Source: Octopus bimaculoides
Taxonomy: Eukaryota
Assembly: GCF_001194135.2 (NCBI RefSeq)
Contig: NC_069003.1
Coordinates: 9,805,538 to 9,869,537 of the forward strand
Reading direction: 5' to 3'
Length of the DNA stretch: 64,000 bases
The number at the start of each line of letters is the position of its first letter. Position 1 is the first letter of the stretch. Under the pieces are notes generated by a model. It had not been told where the DNA came from and did no database searches. It saw only the letters and a program-made list of their open reading frames with translations. Of the stretch, positions 51,751-63,950 are shown piece by piece. A program made the position numbers and the translations under genes.

Positions 51751-52212
51751 ATATATATATAGTATATAAGTATATATGCACATGTCTAGATATGAAACTA
51801 TATGCATGAGAATACGTGCATAAAACAAAGCATACAAATCTACACATGCACTGACATCAAATACTGTGTACATGCACACATACATACAATGAAGAAGCTT
51901 TGGATCTGGGTTTGAAACCAGCTCTTTCTCTACTGGCAAGAAATCTTGAAATTAAATTGAATAATGGCATACAGTAATCCCTCGTCTATCACAGGTATTA
52001 CATTACTGTACTGCATTACAGTACTGTACTGTATTTTTTTTAATTATTTTTAGTTTGTATATATTTATTTTATCATAAATGAAAAACATCATGGAGGAAT
52101 CCATGTAAGCTTAAATAACAAACCACAATGAGTGAACTGCGATATGGCAAAGGATTATTGTACATACATATATGCATACATACATACATACTTATGTACA
52201 TACATACTTACA

Positions 52213-52486
52213 TCATCATCTTCATCGTTTAACGTCCGCTTTCCATGCTAGCACGGGTTGGACGATTTGGCTGAGGACTGGCGAACTGGATGGCTGCACC
52301 AGGCTCCAATCTGATCTAGCAGAGTTTCGACAGCTGGATGCCCTTCCTAACACCAACCACTCCGAGAGTGTAGTGGGTGCTTTTACATGCCACTAGCACG
52401 AAGGCCAGTCAGGCGGTACTGGCAATGGCCACGCTCAAATGGTGTCTTTTTACGTGCCGCCTGCACAGGAGTCAGTTGAGCGGCAC
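52213..52486 (-). mobile_element. RTE 3' UTR element
   Basis: Same family, reverse complement. Confidence 0.75.
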
Positions 52487-53075
52487 NNNNNNNNNNNNNN
52501 NNNNNNNNNNNNNNNNNNNNNNNNNNNNNNNNNNNNNNNNNNNNNNNNNNNNNNNNNNNNNNNNNNNNNNNNNNNNNNNNNNNNNNNNNNNNNNNNNNNN
52601 NNNNNNNNNNNNNNNNNNNNNNNNNNNNNNNNNNNNNNNNNNNNNNNNNNNNNNNNNNNNNNNNNNNNNNNNNNNNNNNNNNNNNNNNNNNNNNNNNNNN
52701 NNNNNNNNNNNNNNNNNNNNNNNNNNNNNNNNNNNNNNNNNNNNNNNNNNNNNNNNNNNNNNNNNNNNNNNNNNNNNNNNNNNNNNNNNNNNNNNNNNNN
52801 NNNNNNNNNNNNNNNNNNNNNNNNNNNNNNNNNNNNNNNNNNNNNNNNNNNNNNNNNNNNNNNNNNNNNNNNNNNNNNNNNNNNNNNNNNNNNNNNNNNN
52901 NNNNNNNNNNNNNNNNNNNNNNNNNNNNNNNNNNNNNNNNNNNNNNNNNNNNNNNNNNNNNNNNNNNNNNNNNNNNNNNNNNNNNNNNNNNNNNGAGAGA
53001 AAAAAAGGCAGTCAGAGTCGTGCTCCAGCATGGCTGCAGTCCAGTGACCGAAACAATTAAAAGATAATTTAGTAG

Positions 53076-53107
53076 GTTATACATTGTCATGTTGATGCGC
53101 AAGCCAG
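53076..53107 (+). CDS. TMEM205: TMEM205 putative 32-nt exon (VIHCHVDAQA-S)
   Basis: CAG|GTAAGG donor; phase 0 in and phase 2 out, as required by exon 54134; acceptor weak. Confidence 0.4.
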
Positions 53108-53441
53108 GTAAGGTCACAACAAGCTGCACAATTGTTGAAAATGGTGTGTAACAATGCACACAATGTCACAAGACCACTTCACTTGAGAAAGCAAGTTAGT
53201 TATCAAACTAATTAAGATATGTATGAGGTCGTTTAATCAGAACTTATACGATAAGAGTTGCTGTTGTTGTTGTTGTTGTTGTTGTTTTTGTCACTGTGGT
53301 TGTTATTTAATCTGAGGTCATCCATGATTCAGTAAAAATTTGATTGAAAGTGTTCCAGCCAGCTGTAACTATCTCATCTGTTCATCTATTTAGGACATTG
53401 TCCTATGTAATTTGAGAAAACCTGGCTACTATTTCTAGCTA

Positions 53442-53900
53442 GTCAAGCTACCCTGCTGGCGTTAGTAGCAGTTGTGTTGCTATTTAGTACAAGGTCATCC
53501 TATAAAAACAGTACCAGCTATGCCCATCCTGTCTTTATTTAGACATGGTATATATACAACCACAACAGTTGACATGATTCGAGGGACTTTTAGCTGTTGT
53601 TTGTTGCAGGTCAGGCTACTTTGGTGGTGTTAGTGGCAGTTGTGTTGCTATTTAGTACAAGGTCATCCTATGAAAACTATACCAGCTATGCCCATCCTGT
53701 CTTTATTTAGATATAGTGTATATAGGATCACAAACGTTGACATGATTTGAGGGAGAATTAACTATTGTTTGTCACAGGTCAAGCTGTTTTGGTGGTGTTA
53801 GTGGTTGTTGTGCTGCTGTTGTTCAACCTTCGGTTATCCTATGGGAACTGTTTCACCCATGCCCATCCAGACGTGACCATCCTGTCTTTATTTAGACGTT
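53442..53900. repeat. Three tandem 168-bp units (TMEM205 5' region)
   Basis: GTCA(A/G)GCT starts at 53442, 53610 and 53778. Confidence 0.85.
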
Positions 53901-54133
53901 GTATATAGGACCATATCCTCCAATATATTCTTTGTAGAAAAAGAAACCAAGGAGATTTAGCTACCGTTTCTTGCGGGTTGAACAGAAGCCTCATTTGTCG
54001 GCCCTGTACTTTGATGTGGTGGTGGTCATGCATTGTTATTGTTGTTTGCCTAAATAACAAATGCTTTTTTTCTTTTCTTTTTTTCCAATCTTTTTTAATT
54101 ATTCTTTTCTTTTTTCTGTTTAATCTTCTTCAG

Positions 54134-54300
54134 CATAACACACATCCACCTTGTAAGTGTAACAGGAATTAGTGTAGGAATATTGTGGAAGATATTCTCC
54201 AGTTGGCATGGACCTAGTGCCCGACCAATCCTAAATGCCCTCCATTTAGGATCCTTTTCCTTAAACTTTGGTACACAACACTGGGTCTCATTCATTGCAG
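54134..54300 (+). CDS. TMEM205: TMEM205 coding exon
   Basis: Long pyrimidine tract + CAG; ..LHLGSFSLNFGTQHWVSFIAG matches TMEM205 N-terminal helix; CAG|GTAAAT phase 1. Confidence 0.85.
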
Positions 54301-55322
54301 GTAAATATTCTCAAATCATTCACCAAAAAAGAAAACAAATTACTGCATTTGTCTTTTCACTTGTTTTTTTTTTTTTTTCAATATCATTTATATATTTAAA
54401 TGGCTGTGTGGTTAAGAAGAAGTTTGCTTCCCAAGCACAGGGTTCTGGGTTCAGTCTCATTGTGCACTACCTTCAGCAAGTGCTTTCTACTTTAGCTCCA
54501 GGTCGGGCTAAAGTAAAATAGGAACCAAAAAGGTCCATAGTTAAAAAATGGCTGAGAGCTCCTACTTTATAGGATTAAAATATAGGATAAAGGTCTTTCC
54601 AGAGTCGTATAGTCTCCTAGGACCAGTTTCCCATTTTCTGTGGTGTATATGTTCTCCACCTGGATGGGACGCCAGTCCATTGCAAGATTACTCATTTTTG
54701 CCGAGTGAACTGGAGCAACACAAAACGAACATGCCACCCGGTCAAGGAATTGAAACCACAATCTGATGACCATGAGTCCAGCACCTTAACCACTAAGCCA
54801 TGTGCCACCACACCCCTTTGAAGTCAATAAAGTTCCAGGTGTGTACTCGGTCAGTGTAATCAACTTGCCCCCTCCCCTCTAAAATTACAGGCTGTGAATC
54901 CTGCAGCAAACCATTCTAGTGGAACGTTGTGATCATGATCATCTGTATGCAATGGAAACTAGGTAACTGGTCTTATGAAACCTTGGGCTCAAAAAGAAGC
55001 TTGCTTCCCAACCACATGGTTCCGGGTTCAGTCCCACTGTGTTGAACCTTGAGCAAGTGTCTTCTACTATAACTTCAGGCTGGCCAAAGCCTTGTGAGTG
55101 GATTTGGTAGACAGAAACTGAAAGAAGCCCATCGTATATATATATATATATATATATATATANNNNNNNNNNATAGAATAAGTACTAGGCTTACAAAGAA
55201 TAAGTCCTGGGGGGGTGCGATTTCTTCAACTAAAGACTAAAACAAGTAAAAGAATCAGTAAATATGTATGCACACACAATGTTTATGCTGAAGAACTAAG
55301 CTGAGTAATTATCTTTTGAAAG

Positions 55323-55486
55323 GTCCTGTAATGATAATGGTGCTCCCTCGCCACAAGTTTGGTGAGGTACAAAGCAAGCTGTTCCCCTGCTTTTTTGCAC
55401 TTGGAACTGTAACTTCATCAATCACATTAATGACATATGTATTGAAAAACCCATATGTAAGCTGGGATACTCAGAATAAAATTCAG
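55323..55486 (+). CDS. TMEM205: TMEM205 coding exon
   Basis: GPVMIMVLPRHKFGEVQSKLFP (LPRHxFGxVQSKLFP signature); CAG|GTAAGT phase 0. Confidence 0.92.
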
Positions 55487-55717
55487 GTAAGTGAAATGCA
55501 CTTTTTTGTTTTCATCATCATTATTATTATTATTATTATTATTAATTATCATTATTATTATTGATTATAAAGGTGGCAAGCTGTCAGAATTGTTAGCACG
55601 CCCAGGCAAAATGCTTAATGGTATTTCGTCTGTCTTTACATTCTGAGTTCAAATTCTGCAAAGGTTGACTTTGTCTTTCATCCTTTCCGGGTCGATAAAT
55701 TAAGTACCAGTTACGCA

Positions 55718-56070
55718 GTCTGGTTTGGCATGGTTTCTATGGCTGGATGCCCTTCCTAATGCCAACCACTTTACAGAGTGTACTGGGTGCTTTTACATGG
55801 CACTGCACAAGCACTTTTATGTGACCCCACACAAGCACTTTTACATGTTGCTGCCCAGGCACTTTTATGTGACACCACCATAAGTGTTTTACACAATCAC
55901 AAGGATTGATCTTAACACTTCTGCTGTTGGTTATGGGTCTTCTTGAGTACGGCCAGGCACCAGGTATCTTGGTTCTTTGTCATCTCACCTGAAAGGTTCA
56001 GCTTCCTGAGGTTGTTCTTCAGTACTTCATCTCGTGTCTTCCTGGGTCTCCCACTTCCACGCGTTCTATC
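55718..56070 (-). mobile_element. RTE LINE 3' end (ORF terminus + UTR)
   Basis: SGRPRKTRDEVLKNNLRKLNL followed by the GGATGCCCTTCCTAATGCCAACC UTR. Confidence 0.75.
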
Positions 56071-56326
56071 CACTTTGGGAGATCAGCATTGAGCAATAAG
56101 GTAAGGTGCCCCAGAACCACACGGTAAAGTACCATTGGCAAAGAAAGGAGACAAGAGGGCTGGAGAAACTGAAATGAGAAGAGAACAATGGCAGAAAACA
56201 GAGCTGGTTGGAGAGATTGTGTTGTGGCCTTATGTACCTTCTGGCATGGAGAAAACTAACTGACATATATGTATAATTATTTACATTATTTACATTTGAC
56301 GGATATTTGTCCTCATTTTGTTTGTT

Positions 56327-56372
56327 AACACAATGTTTCGGCTGATATACCCTCCAGCCTTCTTCAGGTGTC
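56327..56372 (-). ncRNA. Hammerhead ribozyme copy with G16.2>A lesion
   Basis: GACAC-CTGAAGA-A-GGCTG..CAGCC-GAAAC-ATT-GTGTT. Confidence 0.6.
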
Positions 56373-56664
56373 TTGGGGAAATTTCGAACTTGGGTTCTCA
56401 TACAGTTCTATATACATGATCAAGTATAACTGATCATGTATGGAAAATTGGAGACCACCTCCCACTGTGGGATGAAGTTAAAATAATAGACAGAGAACAC
56501 CATTGGAAAATACGAAAACTAAAAGAAGCAGCACATATGCTAGGACACAACAACCTCCTAAGCAGACCAAGTGCAGATATGAGCAGCATATGGGAACCGG
56601 TATTAATGAAGGACAGAAAAATATTAGATTTATAAACCCTAAAATTCAATCAATAATTTCCCAT

Positions 56665-56737
56665 GGGCATATGGCATAGTGGTTAAGAGCGCAGGCTACT
56701 AACCCCAAGATTCCGAGTTCGATTCCAAGCAGTGACC
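56665..56737 (+). other. tRNA-like segment (Pol III A/B boxes) inside the PLE repeat
   Basis: A-box TGGCATAGTGG 56672-56682; B-box GAGTTCGATTCC 56715-56726; A-box half also in the 42-kb copy. Confidence 0.6.
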
Positions 56738-56823
56738 TGAACACTAATAATAACAATAATAATAATACTAACAACATCGAAAAATACCTTAGGAATGAGA
56801 ACCCAGGTTCGAAATTTCCCCAA

Positions 56824-56869
56824 GACACCTGATGAAGGCTGGAGGGTATATCAGCCGAAACGTTGTGTT
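56824..56869 (+). ncRNA. Intact minimal type-I hammerhead ribozyme
   Basis: Stem I GACAC/GTGTT; CTGATGA; stem II GGCTG/CAGCC; GAAAC; GTT triplet; palindromic ACGT stem III. Confidence 0.8.
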
Positions 56870-56957
56870 AACAACTAACAAGATGAGGACAAATATCTGT
56901 CGAATGTATATAATGTAAATAATGTACAGAATTCCTCGTCTCTTAGATATAGAAGTA

Positions 56958-57110
56958 TAGGCGTTAGGAAGGGCATCCAGCTGTAGAAACTCTGCCAAAT
57001 CAGATTGGAGCCTGGTGTAGCCATCTGTTTTCACCAGTCCTCAGTCAAATCGTCCAACCCATGCTAGCATGGAAAGCGGACGTTAAACGATGATGATGAT
57101 GATGATGATA
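56958..57110 (+). mobile_element. RTE 3' UTR element with (GAT)n tail
   Basis: Family match. Confidence 0.75.
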
Positions 57111-57160
57111 TGTATAATCTACAAACTTTTTACTAATTCATTTCTGTCATACATTTTCAG

Positions 57161-57445
57161 GTTGCCATGCTCTCGTCTAATCTGGTCTTTTCCCTGCTAA
57201 ACTTCCTTGTGTTCGGCCCTCAGTCCTCAGAGGCTATGTTTAAACGACATAACTTGGAGCAGAAAGTTGGAGTGGGACATGAAGTAGGCTTCAGTGTCGA
57301 TCGCTCAGAACTCATGAAAAATCCAATCTATGCTGCCATCAATAAAACTTTCAGCCGTTATCATATGGCAAGCACATTCTCAAACTTCCTCATTATGCTA
57401 GGTAATTTTTCGCATCTTTATTCTCTGTCTTTCAGAGGCCTCTAA
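57161..57445 (+). CDS. TMEM205: TMEM205 last coding exon
   Basis: TACTAAT branch site, TTTTCAG acceptor; FGPQSSEAMF..EQKVGVGHEVG..YAAINKTFSRYHMASTFSN; TAA stop. Confidence 0.9.
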   Translation, partial: VAMLSSNLVFSLLNFLVFGPQSSEAMFKRHNLEQKVGVGHEVGFSVDRSELMKNPIYAAINKTFSRYHMASTFSNFLIMLGNFSHLYSLSFRGL

Positions 57446-57544
57446 TTGATTTCCAGCATTCTTTCCCTCTCAACTTTATATAGTAATTTGTCATTCTTTT
57501 TTTTTTTTTTTTCAAGCTTTTGTAATCAAAAAATTTTTTGCAAA

Positions 57545-57550
57545 AATAAA
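57545..57550 (+). terminator. Likely TMEM205 polyadenylation signal
   Basis: AATAAA 100 nt after the stop codon. Confidence 0.5.
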
Positions 57551-57846
57551 TGTTGATTTAAACATAATTTCTGTTGATATTTTATTTTATAAAAAAAAAA
57601 AATAATAATTCATACAAAAGTCCATGTGCGGTTGTGTAGTTAAGAAGCTTACTTCCCAACCATGTGGTCTTGGGTTCAATCCCACTACACAGCACCTTGG
57701 TAAGTGTCTTCTACTATAAACCTGAGCTGACCAAAGCCTTGTGAGTAGGTTTGATAGACAGAAACTGGAAGAAGCCCATCATATGTATGTACGTACATAT
57801 CTATCTATATATATATATACAATTGTCAAGTATTACCTCTAACATT

Positions 57847-57884
<38 letters not shown>

Positions 57885-58659
57885 GATCAACTTGAAAATA
57901 TTGTGTCAACAGGAATTTTCAAAAATGTTATTAATTTCAATGATATTTTCTGTATCTGAATATGTTAATACAACAGAAATTGTTGGCTTTGTGAGGTGAA
58001 TTCTACATTTAAAGATGTGATTTTCTTTATATGTAATTTTGTTATATATATTCACATTTTGTGTGTATAAACATGTATGCATATGTGCATACTCTTGTTT
58101 AGACATCTTGTAATTGTTTGAAATGAGCATCATCATCATCATCATCATCATCATACGAAGATCGTTCATTTCCAGTTTTCCTTGAAAAGCTTAGGGAAAT
58201 ATGACCTGGGCTGGAAACAGGTGAGGATTGGCAACAGGAAGGGCATCCAGCTACAGAAAACCTGCCTCGACAAATTCTGTCTGAGCCATGCTAGCCTGGA
58301 AAAATGGACAGTAAATGATGATGATGTATTAAATTTAGTATATGTGACGGCACATTACCTAGTGGTTAATGTGTTGCGCTTATGATCAGAAAGTCACAGG
58401 TTCAATTCCTTGACTAAGCAGTGCACTGTGTCCTTAAGCAAGCCATTTCATTTCATGCTGCTCCTGTCTTACCGGCAGAAAATGAGCAACAGCGCAGTGC
58501 TGGTACAAACCACTCTACCTCCAACTGTCGCATCTTTTTTGTGTTAATTCCTAGAGGGACAAAACGCCATGTGAACCTCAACAATGAGAGATCCAGAACA
58601 GTTATCATTATGCATTCTATATTGTGTAATCTATTAGTAGTAGTAGTAGTAGTAGTAGT

Positions 58660-59125
58660 TGGCTGCGTCTCGTGTTTCCGAGCTTGCAATCCAGTTAATT
58701 TTCCTGGGTGTTTGAACCGCAATCCAAGGGTTGCATGAAACATACGGGGACATTGTGGACAAGGGATAGAAGGGGTTGGTTTGGGAAGGAGAAGGCGCTG
58801 CTTTCTCTCTCGTCTCTTGAGTTCAGCTCCTGCGACTCGGGCTTTCTCGAAGTCCGCTGAACCCGTTTTGATGGTGTGTCTCCAGAGGGATCTGTTTGCC
58901 GAGATATCCTCCCAGTGTGCGGGGTCAATGTTGGTGTTTTTCAAGGTTGATTTGAGTTGGTCCTTGTACCGCCTCAAGGACGTTTTCCTTCAGACAGTTC
59001 ACCGTAGAGACAGATCTTGGGAAGGCGGTGTTCTTTCATCCGACAAACGTGACCTGACCATCGGAGATGATGTTCAATGATCAAGGCTTCAGTACGCAGG
59101 AGACCTGATCTTTCAAGCACAGAGT
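58660..59125 (-). mobile_element. RTE LINE C-terminus with Cys/His motif
   Basis: LRWSGHVCRMKEHRLPKICLYGEL..RYKDQLK..W..CPQCPRMFHATLGL. Confidence 0.85.
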
Positions 59126-59299
59126 TGTGTAATCTATTAATAAACAATAAATAGTAATTCTCATGGAAACATATGTTACATACGTGAAAAATCAACTTCT
59201 TTCTTATTCATTTATTATAATAATTATTATTATTATATTTTAGTGACAAACCTGCAGCATTTTGTTGTTGCATACACTGAGATCTTGTTCCTTTCATGT

Positions 59300-59606
59300 G
59301 GGATTTGATATTAGTTGTGGTTTTGGGGTCATAGATCCATGATTCATCACCTGTTATCATTTTCAGAAAGTTTTCATCTTTCTCAACACAATCGAGGAAG
59401 TCTTGTGCAGCTGAAACCCAACTTTTTCGAGACGACCACATTCTACACACTTCACTTCCAAACAATGCTGTAAACAACAGAAGTGCGTGAGAATGTTATA
59501 ACTTAGTGTGCATGAGCAACAAAATTCAAGGTCAATCTGTTCCAAGCGGCTTCACTCAGCTGTTACCAGAGCAACAATCCCCAATAGTTTTTGATCAGCC
59601 CTTATA
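59300..59606 (-). mobile_element. mariner remnant with one TIR
   Basis: ENFLKMITGDESWIYDPKT; TIR-like TATAAGGGCTGATCAAAAACT at 59586-59606. Confidence 0.8.
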
Positions 59607-60525
59607 CAGTTTGTAGGAGAGGAGATGGGTGATTACGCAGACCCACAGCATTTGACTGTTACTTTATTTCAGCAACCTCAGAAGAACGAAGGGTAAATTT
59701 ATCCTCAGCAGGATATGAAAAACAAACATAAAAGGGCCATCAATGAATACCAGAAAATATTCTCTTGGACTCTGTAATGATTTTTGCCAAATGATAATTT
59801 TATAAGTAAAATACAAAGAAAAAAATAAATTCTTTTTAGAAAATAATTTTTTTTCTTTATTAACTTTATTTTTTAAAACCCAGGCAAAGTTTTTTTCTTT
59901 TTTTCTTATAAAAGATAAACATTTTTTTTATAGAGAGATGTAGGATAATCTATTTGGCATATTTCGAACATATCTTTTGTTGGATAGGGCTACACTTTTA
60001 CTACTTTCAGGTATTAGATTGTGGCCATGCTGGGGCAACTCCTTTGAGAGTTTAAATGACTGTAAATCGACCTCAGTGTTTTATAAATTTCTGTTTACTT
60101 TATTGACTTTGAAAGAAAAAAATAATTAAGCTAACCTGAGCATAAATAAATGTAATCAATACCACAAGGTATTTTGTTAGGCAAACTACCATCTTATTTT
60201 TTTTTTTTTTTTTTTATAATTAATCAGTTTAGAATGTAGAAAATAATTTTTTTTTAAATACCACATTCAGAAAACTGAATATTTAGTACTTAGCAATTTC
60301 TAATTTAATATTCTATCAGTTTCTAGAACCTATCTGCTAAATTCAGTATTTTATACGTGAGTGAGTGAACAAATGAAAGTAAGTAGCACTCAATACATTT
60401 GGTTGGAGTTACATTTACTAAATAACAGTTTAACTCAGCTCCATGTGATATAAAGTGTCATAGGCCTGTAGGACACACCATCATCTCATCAGGAAGCAGG
60501 ATGTGCCTTAAATGGCCACGTAACT

Positions 60526-60971
60526 TTGACCCTTTAGAATTTAAACCAGCCATATTCAGCCCACATATTTTACCTGTTTTAAGTTCAAACTAGCCAGATC
60601 AAGCTTCTCACACCTATCTTACAATGTCATTCTAAAAGTAAGCAATCGCATCATCAAAATCTTGAAGCTACAAGCTAATGCATCACTAATTCAAAACAAT
60701 GTGAATAAATAAGCATTACATTTGACAGAGAAACCTGAATGCTAAAGGTTAGCTCTTTAGTTTTGAAACCAGCCATATCCGTCCAAATATTCTACCTGTT
60801 TTATGCTCAAGCTGGCCAGATCCAGCTTCTCACACCTACCCTACAATGTCATTCTGAAAGTAAGCAATCACATCATCGAAATCTTGAGGCTACGAGCCAA
60901 TGCATGATTAATTCAAAACAATATGAATAAATAAGCATTACATTTGACAGAATTGAATGCTAAAGGGTTAA
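60526..60971. mobile_element. Head-to-tail dimer of a ~220-bp TTAA (piggyBac-like) MITE
   Basis: TT(G)ACCCTTTAG start, shared junction CTAAAGGTTAGCTCTTTAG, end CTAAAGGGTTAA. Confidence 0.75.
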
Positions 60972-61233
60972 GTCATATGGAACTAAGTCTAACTCTTATT
61001 ATATATGTATGTATGTATATTGCCTTTACACTTCATTTAAGTAATCCATGATGTTTATAAGGAGACCTTATGACAGTCTGTTCTGCTATAAGAAATGGTT
61101 CTATTCTGTAAAAGTTTCATTCAGCATAGCCATTGAGTTATGGCAACGCTGAATCATCACTTATTTGTAAATAATTGACACCATATGTGATTTTCACTTA
61201 ATCCAATAATGTCTAAATTAGTAATATACTGAA

Positions 61234-61266
<33 letters not shown>

Positions 61267-61267
61267 T

Positions 61268-61298
<31 letters not shown>

Positions 61299-61452
61299 AG
61301 CAATAATAAATCTCTGAACGAGGTATAAACAGTAGCTGCATGACAACGTGAAGTATATTTGCCACTTAAATGCGGCTAACCCCTAAGGGTGAATGCTACT
61401 GTAGCTTGTAGCCCCAGGAGAACATCTCCTCCAGCTGGCTATTGACACTATA

Positions 61453-61483
<31 letters not shown>

Positions 61484-61484
61484 T

Positions 61485-61700
61485 TGCAGTTAAATATATG
61501 TCTGGTCATCCAGTCATAGAGTGACCAATGGTTTTGTATCCACAAAACAAATTAACTGACCATAAAGGATGTCTACCTCCAGTTTGAAGTGAGGTTATAT
61601 GGCCTCCATCAATAGAGTCTGACAAGCCGTTCATAAAGCTTAACGATTTATGGATACAAAACCATTGGTCACTCTATGACTGGACATATATTTAACTGCA
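61485..61700. mobile_element. MITE with ~50-bp TIRs
   Basis: TGCAGTTAAATATATGTC..CAGTCATAGAGTGACCAATGGTTTTGTATCCA and its reverse complement. Confidence 0.8.
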
Positions 61701-62219
61701 TGTAGATATATTACTGCTCTATTCCTTAGAGTGTGCTTCTTTTTGGAATATATGATCCACCGACGACATATATACATACATATATATATATACATACATA
61801 TACTTAATGCATAATATATGGATTTATCTAATCCAGTGGTACTTACAGAAAAGCTCCTTTAGTGGACCAGGCTACAAACCATGTAGTAAAAGAATACTTA
61901 GGAATGTAATGTAGAGTCCTATGTAGTTGAAATCCAGCAAATCCAATCAGTGAAGATTATTTCATTAGGAGTATATAGAATATAAAGAAAATCAGGAGCT
62001 ATGAGATAAATATATTTATTTCAGTTTTTCCATGATGTGTCTGTGAAACGACTGTAAGCTTATGGGTATTAACTGATGAAATAATTATATTCATTATTCA
62101 TCTCATACCTCCTGACTTACTTTATATATATATATATTTTTATATATATAATTTTGACCTGTAAAGTGGACATTTAATGTGCTAGAAATAGACCACATGT
62201 GTCTACTAAGACCTAGTAG

Positions 62220-62255
<36 letters not shown>

Positions 62256-63950
62256 GTACATACACATACATATCCATTTGAAATGACAATAATCTTGCAA
62301 CAGCTGCCTTGTCAGGGTCTAAAATGACATTATGCCTAATGTGTCTTTCCCTCTTTCTTTTTCTTAAGATGATGCACGTGGGGAGTGATTTGAAGGAGAT
62401 TTGGCTGCTATTTCTTGCAAACTGAGCAACCATGTAATGGCTCCCTCATTTGGTTCATAATGAGAGTATATTATAGGTACTGATAATTGAAATATATTTC
62501 TTGAAGATGAATGAAAAAGAGTTCAATAATGAAACGAGGTAAAGCTGCCCAAATTCTTATGCTTTTACTCTTTGCTCTGAATAAGTAAAGTTCTCCTTAA
62601 TTCATTTGGCTGGGTCAAGAATACACAGCTAGGTAGCCGTTATACAGGAAATATCATCCTTGATAAGGGGCAGTATGACAGAATGTGCTGCACAATTGTC
62701 ATTGTACATCTTTAGTGCTTAACGATGTGCTTTCAGTCGTCTGGTACGAAATGATTTTTATATAAGTAAAAAGAGAGATTGCTATGATAATCCAACATTG
62801 TTGAAAAGAGACACTGGACAATATTGCTCTCTGATATTCCAAAATTGGGACGGTCACATTTGGGACAATTTTTGTCATAGGTTAGCTTAGATTGAGTAGA
62901 TCTACAGTCAAATACATTTCAACCATGACCATCCCATCAATTATTTTAATTTTTTTTTTTTTTCACAGACATAATGATAGCAGTATCCAATGTGACTTCT
63001 ATTTCTTAGGATAGAATGTGCTACAAACGAGAAATTACTTGTTTTAGCCACAGTAAGGGACAAAAACAATAAACTAGGAGTTTTCTACTTTGATGTTGCC
63101 TGGTCCAATTACAACATGTTTCTAAATTATTTGTTTGTTAATTATGTTAATATAAAATTTTAAATGCCTTCTTTTATGCTGCTTTAAATCATAAACCGTA
63201 TAGGACCCACACCCATTACAAGCATCTTATGGGTGTCTTAATCTTCTAGTAACTTCTGCTATATATTTAACTCCATTAATGACCACCCCTCCATCCATCT
63301 TCATCCACTTATATTTCAGTGAGGGCAATAGAAGTGGATTTCCTCAGACATACTTTTCCAGAACATTCTATCTGAAGTAACCATCAACAAATGATCCAGT
63401 TGGATCCACAAGTGTCATTAACCAAAGTTTTGGATATTATCCAATCATCTCGCTCATGATCGAGTCACATGATTTGATTAACTTCAAAAATGATTTAAGA
63501 AATTTGTTGCATTTAGCAAAATAACTAAGTTTTGCATATATTTCTACACTAATTATTCAGGTACTTGGAATATAAACTTATGAAAAGGTACTTCAATAAA
63601 ATTATGATGAAGTTTGTAATTAAAATACGGGCACTTTAGAAAAAAAAGGCATTGTATCAAACAGGCAGTGTCAGGCAAATGGTATCAAAAAGATTAATAC
63701 TTGAAGGATGAAAGCAATTACATATACATATATATATATGCATAAAATATATCGTAAAAGATTACTTTTTGGATAAAATGACAACAGGCACCTACCAATT
63801 AAAAAAGCTGAACAAATCATTTGGTTTGCATTTTAGATATTAGGTCTGAGTTAAAAAACCCTATTTAAAAGATGTTCAAAATATTATGTTGCCAGATAAA
63901 TGATCCCACACCGGTACATGTATATGTGTATATATATGTATATATATGTA

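Larger units (their letters stand above)
56277..56954 (+). mobile_element. Penelope-like element fragment in the TMEM205 last intron: inverted pLTR + GIY-YIG end + pLTR
   Basis: HVWKIGDHLPLWDEVKIIDREHHWKIRKLKEAAHMLGHNNLLSRP..KILDL* (stop 56633-56635); inverted pLTR 56277-56402. Confidence 0.88.
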
